DNA of 64,000 nt from Microgenomates group bacterium (GTDB lineage: Bacteria; Patescibacteriota; Microgenomatia; UBA10105; UBA927), in the NCBI GenBank assembly GCA_049287205.1, contig JBAQFJ010000001.1:943653-1007652 (forward strand), written 5' to 3'. The stretch's first letter is position 1, and every line of letters starts with the position of its first letter. The notes beneath the pieces were generated by a model that was not told the DNA's origin, did not search any database, and saw only the letters and a program-made list of their open reading frames with translations. The translations under genes and the position numbers were made by a program. Of this stretch, positions 18,171-28,311 are shown piece by piece.

Positions 18171-19430
18171 TCAGGAATTTTTTTTTAAGAAGGGGAGAGC
18201 AAAAAAACAGGTCATAAGCAGTTGCCCCTGTTGTACGGTAAAAGGGTAATGATCAATCAAACCTAGCAAGCAAAGTGCGATGCTAGGAATGTAGAGAGCC
18301 CATGCTCCTTGCGGTCGCTTCATTTTTTTGTATATATACGCAACAATTCCGATAAGAAGCACACCAATACTGCCGGTTTCACTGAGAAGCAGCAGATAAA
18401 TATTGTGTACCGGCTGTAAGAAATATAAATCCCGTATTTGTAGTATTGCAGGAAGATTTGGTAAAAACGTTCCAAGACCAATTCCTGTGTATGGATGGGA
18501 GAGAAATAATTGTAGTGCCGCTTGTGCCAGATCAAGACGTATAAAGACACTCTCGTTAGTTTTGTTCAGTGTTTGTATATATGGCCACGCAAACAGGAAT
18601 CCGAAGACGATTGTCATACTGCTCATGATCCAGATGACCCATTTTTTTTTCGTTTTTGACCATGCAAAAACTCCGATAAAAAGTGCAGTACCGATGATCC
18701 ATGCGCCTCTGCTAAATGTTATGCCAAGTGCGCATAGTCCAAAAACAATACTGGTAATAAGAAAAATTTGTGCAGAGAGTATACGCGTTTTTTTTAATTG
18801 GAGAAGAATAAGCGGAATTGTTGTTGCAAGAAAGCCTCCTAATATATTTGGATGGGGGAGCGTTGCATATGGTCTTAAGAGTTCTATACACTGTGTTTTT
18901 GAAGGCCAGCACCAGTTTACTTTTGCTATTCCCGGAGTGTCAATGGAAAATGTCCGTTCTCCCAAAAACCAGAATATTCCTCCAAGTGTGTGTTGCATGA
19001 AGAATTGTGAAATTGCGATAACGGAAGAATAGAGTAGTGCGATTCCGAAACAATAGACTGTTTTTCTCAATGATGGTTTAGAAACATATATAACATAGAA
19101 GAAAAGAATATATTCCAAAACTTTTGCCCATTTTAAAATGGAAAGTATTGGATTTGAAGAAAAGAAGCAATTCAGTGCAATTAAAGTGATCGTTATGAAA
19201 CTCACTAATTTGTATTGCCAAAAGGTTTTTACCAAATTTTTTATGGCGTTTGTTTGTGCAAACCACGTACAGATTGTGATGAGGATAGTAATGTCTGTGA
19301 GAAAAATGGTAGGTGACAGGTAGTCAACCCGTCTGCCTAGAACTAACGTCCAATCCGGCCAAAAATGAACCCCTAGTTGTGTTGGAAGTAATAGAACAGT
19401 CAGATAAAAAAACCACTCAAAGATGCGCAT
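18171..19430 (-). CDS. O-antigen ligase/polymerase family membrane protein (Wzy/WaaL-like)
   Basis: Polytopic membrane protein with a central large loop. Resembles the O-antigen ligase domain family. Confidence 0.55.
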   Translation of the reverse strand: MRIFEWFFYLTVLLLPTQLGVHFWPDWTLVLGRRVDYLSPTIFLTDITILITICTWFAQTNAIKNLVKTFWQYKLVSFITITLIALNCFFSSNPILSILKWAKVLEYILFFYVIYVSKPSLRKTVYCFGIALLYSSVIAISQFFMQHTLGGIFWFLGERTFSIDTPGIAKVNWCWPSKTQCIELLRPYATLPHPNILGGFLATTIPLILLQLKKTRILSAQIFLITSIVFGLCALGITFSRGAWIIGTALFIGVFAWSKTKKKWVIWIMSSMTIVFGFLFAWPYIQTLNKTNESVFIRLDLAQAALQLFLSHPYTGIGLGTFLPNLPAILQIRDLYFLQPVHNIYLLLLSETGSIGVLLIGIVAYIYKKMKRPQGAWALYIPSIALCLLGLIDHYPFTVQQGQLLMTCFFALPFLKKNS

Positions 19431-19470
19431 CTACCATCAAGTATAGAAGGGGAATGGTATCAGGTGCAAC

Positions 19471-19929
19471 TTACGCAATTGGTTTTGGAGTGATAATAAG
19501 TTTTCGATCACGCCCCTCACCCGCTGATTCTGTGCTCACGCGTTCATCACCTGAAAGGGTGAGGTGAATCACACGCCTTTCAGCTGCTGACAAGTGGGAA
19601 AGTTCAACCGGATTGCCGGTTGTAATGGCCCGTTCTGACGCACGTTGTGCCATGTACATAAGCGCTTCCTCCCGTTTTTCACGGTAATCGCCGACATTTA
19701 CATACACGCGTTCCCAAGTTCCTAATACTTTTGCGACAATCATACCGAGGATCATTTGAAAACTTTCGAGTGTTCTTCCGTGAAACCCAATGAGAAGACC
19801 TGTTTCTTCTGTATTAATGTTTACGCGGTGAGCGCCTGACTCATCCATGTCAACACTTACTTCTCCTGTAACTCCTAGGCGAGTCAAAAGATCTTCAGTT
19901 ACTTCTTTAATTTTTGCTGTTGGTTCCAT
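19471..19929 (-). CDS. Jag/KhpB-like RNA-binding protein (KH + R3H domains)
   Basis: C-terminal R3H motif (RRVIHLTLSGDERVSTESAGEG). Located downstream of yidC. Confidence 0.7.
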   Translation of the reverse strand: MEPTAKIKEVTEDLLTRLGVTGEVSVDMDESGAHRVNINTEETGLLIGFHGRTLESFQMILGMIVAKVLGTWERVYVNVGDYREKREEALMYMAQRASERAITTGNPVELSHLSAAERRVIHLTLSGDERVSTESAGEGRDRKLIITPKPIA

Positions 19930-19930
19930 A

Positions 19931-20719
19931 TTATTTTCCTTTATTTACCTGTAATTGCTGAATAATACCAAAAAGTCCGAAGATATTCCAGTACAAAGCA
20001 AGACCGATAGGCAGTTGGAATGCGAAGAATCCAAACATGATTGGTGTAATGAGCATCATTTGTTTTTGCATATCAGCCATTGTATCTTGTTTTTTCTCTT
20101 CGCCGGGTTTTGCCAGCTCCGTAGTTTTTGATGCCTTTGGCATCATCAGTTTGGACTGATAGAGTTGGAGAAGTGCCGTAATAACCGGAATCAACAGGAG
20201 CCACCAACCAAATTGTTGCCAGTCGCTTGGTTTTACACCAAGATTCATACCAAAGAATGTCACATCAAATGTAGTCACCTGTAGTGCTTTATTGTACACA
20301 ATGGCATTTATGTCCTCCATCATTTTTCCGGCATTTCCATTTCCCAGTACCTGATAAAACACATTGTAGAGTGCAATGAGGATAGGAAATTGGATGAGCG
20401 TTGGTAAACAACCTGCGGCGGGATTAACTCCATGTTCTTTGTACAACGCCATTTGTGCCTGCTGCAGTGCCTGTTTATCGTCTTTATGTTTTTTTGAAAG
20501 TTCATCCAGATGCGGTTTCATATCAGACATTTTCTTTGCGCTTTTGAGTTGTGCCTGCATCAGGGGGTAGAGAATAAGTCGAACAGCAATGGTGAGTAAA
20601 ATAATGGCAAATCCAAGTGGCCCTGGTAGATGAAGCCATTCACAGAATTTGTAAAAGACCATGAGAAGATTTGTAATTGGCCATACGAGCAGTTGATTCC
20701 AGATTGTTGGATTTGTCAT
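19931..20719 (-). CDS. yidC: Membrane protein insertase YidC (short Oxa1/SpoIIIJ-type)
   Basis: Five-TM core with a conserved first TM and amphipathic region. Its neighbours are yidD, rnpA and rpmH. Confidence 0.8.
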   Translation of the reverse strand: MTNPTIWNQLLVWPITNLLMVFYKFCEWLHLPGPLGFAIILLTIAVRLILYPLMQAQLKSAKKMSDMKPHLDELSKKHKDDKQALQQAQMALYKEHGVNPAAGCLPTLIQFPILIALYNVFYQVLGNGNAGKMMEDINAIVYNKALQVTTFDVTFFGMNLGVKPSDWQQFGWWLLLIPVITALLQLYQSKLMMPKASKTTELAKPGEEKKQDTMADMQKQMMLITPIMFGFFAFQLPIGLALYWNIFGLFGIIQQLQVNKGK

Positions 20720-20961
20720 AATTTTTTGGGAATCGGGTCAAAACCGCCTTTATTCCATGGGTGACAGCGAATAATGCGTTTGAGCCCTAACCACGATCCG
20801 ATTATTATACCATAGCGATCGATTGCCTGATACGTATACTCACTGCAGGTTGGAGTAAACCGACATATCTTATCAGTCAGCCATACGTGTTTTGCAAGTC
20901 CTGTATCAAGCGAAAGATATTTTTGGTAGAACCGTATAGCAGAAAGAAAAAATTTTTTCAT
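20716..20961 (-). CDS. yidD: Membrane protein insertion efficiency factor YidD
   Basis: [19 protein letters not shown] motif. Confidence 0.8.
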   Translation of the reverse strand: MKKFFLSAIRFYQKYLSLDTGLAKHVWLTDKICRFTPTCSEYTYQAIDRYGIIIGSWLGLKRIIRCHPWNKGGFDPIPKKL

Positions 20962-21287
20962 GACAGAGAAGCAATATACGCTTCAATTGTTGTTTTTAGA
21001 TTTTGAAATGAACTGTATTGAATCGGCTGCATAATCTTACACACAATATTTTTTGGTGCGCTTTCCTTTTCAAGGAGCGGCAGAAATGCCATGGCAATTT
21101 GTTTTTTTATTTGGTTTCTTGTCACTGCCTTTTTGCTAAATTTTTTTGTGACAAGGATGCCAAGATGTGTATGTGACGACTCAGTGTTTATTGAGGTAAA
21201 TTGCATACCGTGTATTTGTGACCGAATGCCGTGGCGCATGGTTTGAATAAAATTCTTTTTTGGCAATCTGTATATAGACGGAAGCAT
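20958..21287 (-). CDS. rnpA: RNase P protein component
   Basis: Basic RnpA-like sequence and position between rpmH and yidD. Confidence 0.7.
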   Translation of the reverse strand: MLPSIYRLPKKNFIQTMRHGIRSQIHGMQFTSINTESSHTHLGILVTKKFSKKAVTRNQIKKQIAMAFLPLLEKESAPKNIVCKIMQPIQYSSFQNLKTTIEAYIASLS

Positions 21288-21342
21288 ATATCTATTATAC
21301 CTGAAAAAAGTGTACGCTGATGTTTTTGAAGACTATCTTGTG

Positions 21343-21483
21343 TTAGACAGTAAGCACTTTTCGCCCAGTTGCCCGACGCCTTTTCAAGACTCTTCGTCCA
21401 CCTTTTGTTTTCATACGAGTTCGAAACCCGTGTGTACGTGAACGTTTTGCTTTGCTTGGATGATAAACACGTTTCGTTGCCAT
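21343..21483 (-). CDS. rpmH: 50S ribosomal protein L34
   Basis: Manual translation gives [46 protein letters not shown] (46 aa). It is not in the ORF track because it is under 60 aa. Confidence 0.85.
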   Translation of the reverse strand: MATKRVYHPSKAKRSRTHGFRTRMKTKGGRRVLKRRRATGRKVLTV

Positions 21484-21555
21484 AGTCTGACTATTATACA
21501 CAAAAAACTACAGGTGATGCAATAACAAAACAACTGAAAATGATACAATGGGGGC

Positions 21556-22641
21556 ATGCGTATCGCTAAAACGACTCTACAGAAATTCCGGTTGTACGAA
21601 AAACAATCGTTCATTTTTTCTTCCGGTATTACGGTACTTGTCGGTCAAAATGCAATCGGGAAAACAAATATTCTTGAAGCAATCGCACTGGCAGCCGTTG
21701 GTAAAAGTTTTCGGGCTGTCAAAGACAGCGACATGATATTGTGGGGAAATGAACTTGCGCGGGTGACGCACACGATTGTTGACAAAAAAGGCGGTGAAAC
21801 AATACTGGAAATACTGTTGACAACAGGCATGGTACAGGGTAAAAAAACCCAAGGAAAAAAATATCTGGTCAACGGCATTCCCAGGCGTCAGGTCGATTTT
21901 GTGGGAAATCTTCATGCGGTGTTGTTTGCACCAACAGATTTAAAACTTGTTACAGAAAGTCCAAGCGTCAGGCGTGAGTATCTCAATACTGTGCTTGTGC
22001 AAGTCGATCGAGAGTATCGAAGGAATCTGCAATCCTATGAGCGTGGGCTTCGGCAAAGAAATTCGCTTTTAGACCGAATCAATGAAGGTGTCGCCGCGCG
22101 TTCACAATTGTTGTTTTGGGATCAGCTGCTCATAAAAACCGGTTCCTATATTTCGGAGAAACGAAAAGAATATATTGAAGCAGTTAACGCATATAGTCTT
22201 GATGACCTAACGTATCGTATTTTGTATGATCCCAGTATTATTTCACTATCTCGGCTTCTTCAATATGCGGATGAAGAAATTGCGGCAAAATCTACACTTG
22301 TCGGTCCGCAGCGTGATGATTTTCGATTTGAAAAAATCAGCACTGATGATATATATATTGACATCGCGCGGTTTGGATCACGAGGAGAACAACGGCTTGC
22401 TGTATTATGGTTAAAATTGGCGGAACTGACATTTATTGAGCAAAAAACCGGTGACAGACCAGTACTTCTTCTTGATGATATTTTTTCTGAACTGGATGAA
22501 GAAAGTCGTCACATTGTGTTTGCAGTTATTGATCAACAACAAACAATTATCACTTCTGCTGAGGAAGAGTTGTTGCCGATGCTTAAAAAAATCCATAACG
22601 CCGAAATTATTCAATTACCGGTCCGGCATGGAGTACAATAA
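21556..22641 (+). CDS. recF: DNA replication and repair protein RecF
   Basis: N-terminal Walker A GQNAIGKTNILEAI and the overall RecF/SMC-like layout. Confidence 0.8.
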   Translation: MRIAKTTLQKFRLYEKQSFIFSSGITVLVGQNAIGKTNILEAIALAAVGKSFRAVKDSDMILWGNELARVTHTIVDKKGGETILEILLTTGMVQGKKTQGKKYLVNGIPRRQVDFVGNLHAVLFAPTDLKLVTESPSVRREYLNTVLVQVDREYRRNLQSYERGLRQRNSLLDRINEGVAARSQLLFWDQLLIKTGSYISEKRKEYIEAVNAYSLDDLTYRILYDPSIISLSRLLQYADEEIAAKSTLVGPQRDDFRFEKISTDDIYIDIARFGSRGEQRLAVLWLKLAELTFIEQKTGDRPVLLLDDIFSELDEESRHIVFAVIDQQQTIITSAEEELLPMLKKIHNAEIIQLPVRHGVQ

Positions 22642-23437
22642 TAGTATGATTGACGCAGCGTTTATCAAAGATCATATACACGTCGCACATCCTGATTCCC
22701 ATAAAGGACAAAATGGAAGACTCCTTATAATCGGAGGGTCGGATTTATTTCATGCGGCAAGTATCTGGTCGTTAACCGTTGCATCCCGCATTGTTGATCT
22801 TGTGCATTTTGCATCCACTCCTGAAAATAATGAAATAGTCCAAAAAGCAAAAGAAGAATTTAGAAATGGTATTGTCATCCACCGTGATGCAATTCATACG
22901 TATATTGAAGAAGATGATTGTATATTAGTGGGTCCCGGGATGGAAAGAACTCATGAAACAAGAGAGATGGTTGATACATTGCTCAAAACGTACCAGCACA
23001 AACAATGGGTGATTGATGCGGGAGCTCTGCAAATGATGGATAACAAACTTATACCACAGCATGCAATTCTGACTCCGCATCATCAGGAATTTGCACTCCT
23101 CCAAAAAGGGAATAAAACCATCACCCCGCAGCAATTTGCAAAAGTTCATGAGTGTATCGTAGTGGAAAAAGGTCAAGTTGATGTGATAACGGACGGAGAC
23201 CGTACCGAAGAAATTTCAGGCGGGAACGCCGGAATGACGAAAGGCGGAACGGGAGATGTACTTGCAGGACTTATCGCCGCACTTGCCTGCACACATGATC
23301 CATTGTTTGCAGCTATAGCAGGGAGCTTTATCAATAAACGCGCTGGGGATGACTTATACACAACAGTCGGACCTTTTTTTAACGCAACTGACTTAGCCGG
23401 TCAGATTCCAAAAACAATGAAAACGCTTTTGTTATAA
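22628..23437 (+). CDS. ADP-dependent NAD(P)H-hydrate dehydratase (YjeF C-terminal domain / Nnr2)
   Basis: GGTGDVLAGLIAAL motif and a carbohydrate-kinase-like fold. Start at MEYNNSM overlaps the recF end. Confidence 0.7.
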   Translation: MEYNNSMIDAAFIKDHIHVAHPDSHKGQNGRLLIIGGSDLFHAASIWSLTVASRIVDLVHFASTPENNEIVQKAKEEFRNGIVIHRDAIHTYIEEDDCILVGPGMERTHETREMVDTLLKTYQHKQWVIDAGALQMMDNKLIPQHAILTPHHQEFALLQKGNKTITPQQFAKVHECIVVEKGQVDVITDGDRTEEISGGNAGMTKGGTGDVLAGLIAALACTHDPLFAAIAGSFINKRAGDDLYTTVGPFFNATDLAGQIPKTMKTLLL

Positions 23438-23453
23438 GCGCTTCTTCGTAGTA

Positions 23454-23714
23454 TTACGTTTCAATTTTTTCGTTGATTTTCATCAAAAGGTATGTCACAA
23501 GAAGTGCAAGTGCAGTAACAACCACTGCATAGACAAGTTGTGAGAATACGACACTTCCTTTTGGCATGTATGGTTTGATATACGTATCAATTGTCGCTTG
23601 TATTACCGTGTTCCATGCGAGTGCCGCAACGAGTCCAAAAGCGGCTGTTGATAGCGCTATCATTTGTTTGAGCATGGCACGCGCCATTGCCTTGGATTGT
23701 TTTTTGGTTTCCAT
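23454..23714 (-). CDS. Small membrane protein (2 TM; DUF5654-like)
   Basis: 86 aa with two hydrophobic helices. Confidence 0.4.
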   Translation of the reverse strand: METKKQSKAMARAMLKQMIALSTAAFGLVAALAWNTVIQATIDTYIKPYMPKGSVVFSQLVYAVVVTALALLVTYLLMKINEKIET

Positions 23715-23740
23715 ACCATTATTATATACCTATATCCTTT

Positions 23741-24784
23741 ATGTACACACCAACCTTCAATATCACCAATAAAATACTGAAAAACATCGGCATCATTGAA
23801 GCTGCAAAAGAAGTGATTGAAAATGCACCTCTTGTACCTGCATGGGAAGCAAAATTTCGGGAAGAGGCAATTGTGAGGACTGTTCATCACGGAACACACA
23901 TTGAAGGAAACGAACTTAATTTTACAGAAGCAGAAAAAGTACTTGCCGGAGCAAAAGTGGTAGGACGCGATCGGGATATTCAAGAAGTCTTAAATTATCG
24001 AAACGTCTTGAAATTTATTGAATCATATCAGGGGGATGCAATCGGTGATGAAACGGTAAAGCATGTGCATGCGCTTATTGCCGACAGGATATTGCCGGAA
24101 GCCGTTGTTGGTGAATACCGGAAATCTCAAGTGGTGGTAAAAAACAGTCAAACTGGAGAAATTACATTTCGTCCGCCGCCGGCAGTGGAAGTTCCTTTCC
24201 TTGTTTCTGACTTCTTGTTGTGGCTTAAAAATGCGGCACCTGATGAAATGCATGCGGCACTTAAGGCGGGAATCACCCATTATGAATTAGTACGTATCCA
24301 TCCATTTCTTGATGGAAACGGTAGAGCAGCGCGCGCGATTGCGACACTTGTTTTATTTCGGGATGGATATGATATTAAACGGTTTTTTTCACTTGAAGAA
24401 TATTATGATCGGGAACCGCTGAATTATTACAACGCGCTCCAGAGTGTTGCGACAGAGAATGGAAATTTAACGCACTGGCTTGAATATTTTACTGAAGGAC
24501 TTGCAATAGAACTTTCACGTATAAAGGAAAAAGTAAAAACACTGTCCACAGATCTTAAAATGAAAAAACAACTCGGCGGGCAGCAATTGACCCTCTCGGA
24601 ACGGCAAATAAAAATTGTTGAATTTATTCAGGAAAATGGATTTTTGCAGAATAAAGCATTTTTTGAATTATTCCCGATGATTAGTGAAGACACGGTGCTC
24701 CGGGAAATTAAAGATTTAATGAAGAAAGGCATACTTACAAAACAAGGATCAACAAAAGGTGTTCGCTATATCCTAAAAGGATAA
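23741..24784 (+). CDS. Fic family protein with a C-terminal winged-helix domain
   Basis: Fic motif HPFLDGNGRAARA. Start taken at MYTPTFNITNKIL. Confidence 0.8.
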   Translation: MYTPTFNITNKILKNIGIIEAAKEVIENAPLVPAWEAKFREEAIVRTVHHGTHIEGNELNFTEAEKVLAGAKVVGRDRDIQEVLNYRNVLKFIESYQGDAIGDETVKHVHALIADRILPEAVVGEYRKSQVVVKNSQTGEITFRPPPAVEVPFLVSDFLLWLKNAAPDEMHAALKAGITHYELVRIHPFLDGNGRAARAIATLVLFRDGYDIKRFFSLEEYYDREPLNYYNALQSVATENGNLTHWLEYFTEGLAIELSRIKEKVKTLSTDLKMKKQLGGQQLTLSERQIKIVEFIQENGFLQNKAFFELFPMISEDTVLREIKDLMKKGILTKQGSTKGVRYILKG

Positions 24785-24798
24785 CGCAATTTATACCA

Positions 24799-26520
24799 AT
24801 GACATTCCAGACGCTTGCTGTTTACGTTCAAAAACTTGAAAGCACTCCATCGCGTAACGCAATGACGCAGATTCTTGCTGACCTTTTTCTTCAGGCAAAA
24901 AATGACGAAATTGGAGAGCTATGCTATTTGCTGCAGGGGAGAGTAGCGCCTTTATATGAGGCAACAGAATTTGGTATTGCAGACAAGCTTATGATTCGAG
25001 CGGTTGCTATGGCATATGGAGTGGAAGAATCTCATGTGACAACACTTTTTAAAAAATATGGGGATTTGGGAATTGCAGCAGAGGAAATTGCGGGTGCTAA
25101 AAAACGATCTGTACAATACCAACTTCATGATGTGTTTTTTAAATTAAAAGCTGTTGCCATGATGGGTGGGGAGGGGTCACAGGAACAAAAAATTCAGGCA
25201 TTATCCGATTTATTCATTCATTCTGATTCACTTTCTGTCCGGTATCTTGTGAGGATTCCTTTGGATAAACTGCGTTTAGGGTTTTCGGATATGACGATGA
25301 TTGATGCGTTATCCTGGATGATTACTGGAACGAAAGCGCATAAAGATCAGATTGAGGCGGCTTATGAAGTCAGGCCGGATCTCGGGTATATCGCAACACA
25401 GCTTAAAATGCATGGTTTGCACGGGGTTTCCCATGTGAAACCTGTTGTGGGTGCACCGATTCTTGCAGCCCTCTGTCAGCGGCTTCCCAATGCCAGTGAA
25501 ATGATAAAGAAAATGGGAGAAGTAGATGTTGAACCGAAATATGACGGCGTGAGAACACAAATTCATTTCGACAGGAAAAACAAAAAGATTACTGTCTCGA
25601 GTTTTTCAAGAAATTTGGAAAATACAACAGCGATGTACCCGGAACTTGAGCATATAGCAGATCAAATTCATGCAGATGACGTTATTTTGGATAGTGAAGC
25701 GGTTGGGTATGATGAAAAAACACATCGGGTCATTCCATTTCAGGAAACTATGACGAGGAAACGAAAACATAATATTGCAGGGGCGACGCAGAGTGTACCT
25801 TTACGGTTTTTTGTTTTTGATATTTTAGAGAAGAATGGAGAGGATTTGATGGGTGTTTCTCTTTCAAAACGGCGGGATATTTTGGAACGCACCGTTATGA
25901 ACGGCCCAATTTTATCTGTTTCGCCGCATATTGTTACAGACAGCATTCAAACGCTCCGCGATTATCATACAGAGCAAATTACACTTGGTCTTGAAGGCGT
26001 CGTTGTGAAGAAATGGGAAGCGGTGTACGAACCGGGACGTCGCGGGTATACATGGGTGAAATTCAAAGAAGAAAATAAAGTGGGAAAACTTGCAGACACT
26101 GTCGATGCTGTAGTGATGGGCTATTACAAAGGGGAAGGGAAGCGGACGAACTTCGGTATCGGGGCATTTTTAGTGGGTGTTAAAAAGGGAGAATCATTTG
26201 TGACAATGACCAAAATCGGAACCGGAGTGACTGATGCACTATGGAAAGAAATGAAATTGTTGTTTGGCGCGTATGCATCAAAAGAGCAACCAAAAGCATA
26301 CCAGCAGGTTGATAAAATATTTATTCCAGATGTGTGGATAACACCTGAAATTGTTGTGGAAATTGCGGCAGATGATATTACAAAATCACCGTCACACGGT
26401 GCTAAATTTGCATTACGATTTCCAAGGCTTGTCAGAATTAGAACTGATAAAAACGCGAGTCAGGTAACTACAGTGAGCGAATTGGAAACCATGTATCATA
26501 ATCAGGAGTCAATACAATGA
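24799..26520 (+). CDS. ATP-dependent DNA ligase (archaeal/eukaryotic Lig type, 573 aa)
   Basis: Motif I EPKYDGVR, motif IV EGVVVKK and motif V WVKFK, plus an N-terminal DNA-binding domain. Confidence 0.8.
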   Translation: MTFQTLAVYVQKLESTPSRNAMTQILADLFLQAKNDEIGELCYLLQGRVAPLYEATEFGIADKLMIRAVAMAYGVEESHVTTLFKKYGDLGIAAEEIAGAKKRSVQYQLHDVFFKLKAVAMMGGEGSQEQKIQALSDLFIHSDSLSVRYLVRIPLDKLRLGFSDMTMIDALSWMITGTKAHKDQIEAAYEVRPDLGYIATQLKMHGLHGVSHVKPVVGAPILAALCQRLPNASEMIKKMGEVDVEPKYDGVRTQIHFDRKNKKITVSSFSRNLENTTAMYPELEHIADQIHADDVILDSEAVGYDEKTHRVIPFQETMTRKRKHNIAGATQSVPLRFFVFDILEKNGEDLMGVSLSKRRDILERTVMNGPILSVSPHIVTDSIQTLRDYHTEQITLGLEGVVVKKWEAVYEPGRRGYTWVKFKEENKVGKLADTVDAVVMGYYKGEGKRTNFGIGAFLVGVKKGESFVTMTKIGTGVTDALWKEMKLLFGAYASKEQPKAYQQVDKIFIPDVWITPEIVVEIAADDITKSPSHGAKFALRFPRLVRIRTDKNASQVTTVSELETMYHNQESIQ

Positions 26521-27458
26521 TAATAGTATTTTATGCCATTGCATTTCTCGTGTTGGGATTTGTGCTTGCAAAAAGCGCTGACTGGGTAGTAAAAGGCACA
26601 GCGTTTATCGCACATAAAGCACATATCAAGAGTTTTCTTCTTGGATTTTTAATCTTAGGGTTTGCAACGACAATCCCAGAAATGTTTGTTGCCTATCAGG
26701 CAGTCCATGACGGTGTACCTCAATTATCTGTCGGGAATCTTCTTGGGGGATCAATACTTTTGCTTTCTTTTGTTATGGGAGGAAGCGCAATTATCCTGAA
26801 GCGGATTAAACTTGATCACGGGTTGTCTATATTTGATATTGGCATGTCTTCCGCAGTCATTTTAGCACCAGCCATGGTGATATGGGATGGGAATCTGACA
26901 CGACCGGAAGGATGGATTCTCCTTGGTGTGTATGCAGCGCAACTGTTGTTTATCAATAAGGAACAGCATGTTGCCGACACTATGGAGCATCACGCCAAAC
27001 AAGTTTCGCACGCATGGCATGCATTGGGACTGCTTGCCGCAGGCCTTGTCGGTATGGCTATTGCATCACGGTATATTGTGACGATTGCAGAAATTGTTGC
27101 CAACATGTTTTCCATACCCGCATTTGTCGTCGGTTTATTTCTTGTGACCATTGGGACAAATTTACCGGAATTGACGCTCGCGGTTGAAGCAATCGTAAAA
27201 AAACAAAAAGATATTGCATTCGGCGATATCTTAGGTTCCAGTGTAATTAATACGCCTCTTTTAGGAATTATTTGTATTATCCGCCCATTTTCAATTCCTG
27301 ATCATGAACGGATGCAAGTAACGCTCATATTACTTGTTCTTGTCTCTCTATTTTTCTTTTGGGCGGCTGCAACAAAAAAAGATATAACAAGACGGGAAGG
27401 ATTCGTACTTTTTACCATCTATATTGCATTTATCTTGTTTGAAATGCTTCATATATAG
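26517..27458 (+). CDS. Ca2+/cation antiporter (CaCA family, YrbG-like)
   Basis: Two alpha-repeats (TIPEMFV and GTNLPELTLAVEA). About 10 TM helices. Confidence 0.7.
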   Translation: MIIVFYAIAFLVLGFVLAKSADWVVKGTAFIAHKAHIKSFLLGFLILGFATTIPEMFVAYQAVHDGVPQLSVGNLLGGSILLLSFVMGGSAIILKRIKLDHGLSIFDIGMSSAVILAPAMVIWDGNLTRPEGWILLGVYAAQLLFINKEQHVADTMEHHAKQVSHAWHALGLLAAGLVGMAIASRYIVTIAEIVANMFSIPAFVVGLFLVTIGTNLPELTLAVEAIVKKQKDIAFGDILGSSVINTPLLGIICIIRPFSIPDHERMQVTLILLVLVSLFFFWAAATKKDITRREGFVLFTIYIAFILFEMLHI

Positions 27459-27480
27459 CCGTATAATGCGATGTATACCT

Positions 27481-28305
27481 ATGGGAAAACCATTTTTTTC
27501 TGTTATCATTCCGGCGCTCAACGAAGAAAAGTTTTTACCAAAACTTCTTGAGAGTCTTTCTCATCAACATTTTACTGATTTTGAGGTCATTGTTGTGGAT
27601 GGAAAATCAAAAGACAAAACTGTCGCTGTTGCATCAACATATATTGGAAAAGTGCCAAATTTATCCGTGGTTGTTGCGGATCACGCCAGCTTACCGTATC
27701 AGAGAAATATTGGCGCGGATGCCGCGACGGGAGGGTGGCTCGTATTTATTGACGCAGATACTGTACTCTATTCTTATACATTGGAACGGTTATACACACA
27801 ACTTTCTGTTTCTGAAGAGTCATTCTTTACCACATGGTTTAGTCCTGATAGCGATGATATCAATGATGTGCGGTTAACGTTGTTTGCTATTTTCTTTATT
27901 GAATTATCAAAAACTGTTAAACGTGCCGTATCACCCGGTTCGTTTACCGTCGTAAAACGATCAGCATTTACTGCTATTAACGGGTATGATATTGAACACC
28001 CATTTTTGGAAGATCAGGATTTTTCCCGTCGTATGTCTACACACGGGTTTGAGCTTTCAATAATAAGGGAGACACTATATATATGGTCACTTAGACGCTA
28101 TCGAAAAGAAGGAACAGCGAAAGTACTGCAAGCATATACCCGGTCTATTTTGCCTGTGATTTTTTCCAAAAAAGTGCCAAAGAATATGAAGGGATATGAA
28201 ATGGGCGGACAAATATTTTCGAAGAAAAAAAAGAGTGTGAAAAAACCGTTATTAAAGGACACGGAACGAAAAATGAAAAAATTGATGCAGGAAATTTTTG
28301 AATAA
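27481..28305 (+). CDS. Family 2 glycosyltransferase
   Basis: FSVIIPALNEE...VIVVDGKSKDKT and the GT-A fold DxD region. Start at MGKPFF. Confidence 0.7.
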   Translation: MGKPFFSVIIPALNEEKFLPKLLESLSHQHFTDFEVIVVDGKSKDKTVAVASTYIGKVPNLSVVVADHASLPYQRNIGADAATGGWLVFIDADTVLYSYTLERLYTQLSVSEESFFTTWFSPDSDDINDVRLTLFAIFFIELSKTVKRAVSPGSFTVVKRSAFTAINGYDIEHPFLEDQDFSRRMSTHGFELSIIRETLYIWSLRRYRKEGTAKVLQAYTRSILPVIFSKKVPKNMKGYEMGGQIFSKKKKSVKKPLLKDTERKMKKLMQEIFE

Positions 28306-28311
28306 ACTCGT

